Assembly: GCA_038231455.1 (NCBI GenBank)
Contig: JBBRLI010000038.1
Span: 1-17,732 of the forward strand
DNA length: 17,732 bases
Direction: 5' to 3'
DNA from: Vulcanimicrobiales bacterium
GTDB lineage: Bacteria > Vulcanimicrobiota > Vulcanimicrobiia > Vulcanimicrobiales > Vulcanimicrobiaceae
In this document: positions 17,388 through 17,732 of the stretch, piece after piece
How positions within the stretch are numbered: the first letter of the stretch is position 1
How the letters are laid out: each line of letters starts with the position of its first letter
Notes under the pieces: model-generated
The model's database searches: none
What the model saw: the letters and a program-made list of their open reading frames with translations, nothing else
Told to the model about the DNA's origin: nothing
Position numbers and translations under genes: made by a program

Positions 17388-17603
17388 GTGCGTTTAATGG
17401 ATGTCGCCGGTATCGGGGTCGGCTTTTCGGGCATCGTCCTCGTTGGGCTAGCGCTTGGTTTCTTGCTCGCTAAGCGAGACGGAAACGGGCTCTGGGTTGT
17501 CGCGGGTCTCGCGACCGGCTTGATCGTGGGCGGCATCGCGATGGGGCGCCGACTCTGGTCCTTCATGCGTGAAAATCCGCCGAACGAGCCCAAATTACGA
17601 TGA
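17388..17603 (+). CDS. AtpZ/AtpI-family small membrane protein, first gene of the F0F1 ATP synthase operon
   Basis: About 70 aa with two TM helices (GIGVGFSGIVLVGLALGFLL...LWVVAGLATGLIVGG). Its position after wecB matches the usual start of the atp operon. Start is GTG 17388 or ATG 17397. Confidence 0.65.
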   Translation: MRLMDVAGIGVGFSGIVLVGLALGFLLAKRDGNGLWVVAGLATGLIVGGIAMGRRLWSFMRENPPNEPKLR

Positions 17604-17732
17604 AAGTCGAGGAGGGTTCGATCCTGGGCGACAGTAATAGCCAAAGCGCCGCCATGGGTCTCGCTTTGCATGCGTATTTCGCGCGTAAACGGACCGTGGG
17701 TGTGCGCGCCGCCATTTTCATCTGCGTTTTTG
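17600..17732 (+). CDS. Partial CDS, probably ATP synthase protein I (runs off the window)
   Basis: ATGA overlap with the previous stop. Open to the window end: MKVEEGSILGDSNSQSAAMGLALHAYFARKRTVGVRAAIFICVF. Identity inferred from gene order only. Confidence 0.4.
   Translation, partial: MKVEEGSILGDSNSQSAAMGLALHAYFARKRTVGVRAAIFICVF

Noticed and set aside
1-17732. CRISPR array, tRNA/rRNA, IS element, integrase or prophage genes
   Set aside because: No regularly spaced repeats, cloverleaf motifs, transposase/integrase motifs or terminal repeats were seen by eye.

Overview
GC-rich bacterial chromosome segment; gene content and style suggest a Vulcanimicrobiota/Eremiobacterota-like soil bacterium (inference only). 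The left part holds a translationally coupled minus-strand operon (enolase-superfamily dipeptide epimerase/racemase, DUF1611/DgcN-like protein, family-5 peptide-binding lipoprotein), a divergent CPD photolyase, a probable 6S RNA with its own promoter and a bidirectional terminator, and a degenerate TIM-barrel gene. The rest follows the familiar housekeeping order glyA-upp-dCMP deaminase-tagO/wecA-wecB-atpZ-atpI, interrupted by an inverted purT and by about 6.1 kb of accessory genes between upp and the deaminase. That block contains a YcxB-like gene, a general-stress protein with a SigB-like promoter, an unannotated 40-aa ORF and a lipoprotein with a broken start. It also carries the most interesting feature: a coupled two-gene operon encoding a SLOG + tandem-SLATT membrane protein and a TIR-STAND ATPase-TPR (NLR-like) protein with an intact TIR catalytic glutamate. 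This is a candidate second-messenger defence or cell-death system that combines Avs-like sensing with a Thoeris-like effector.
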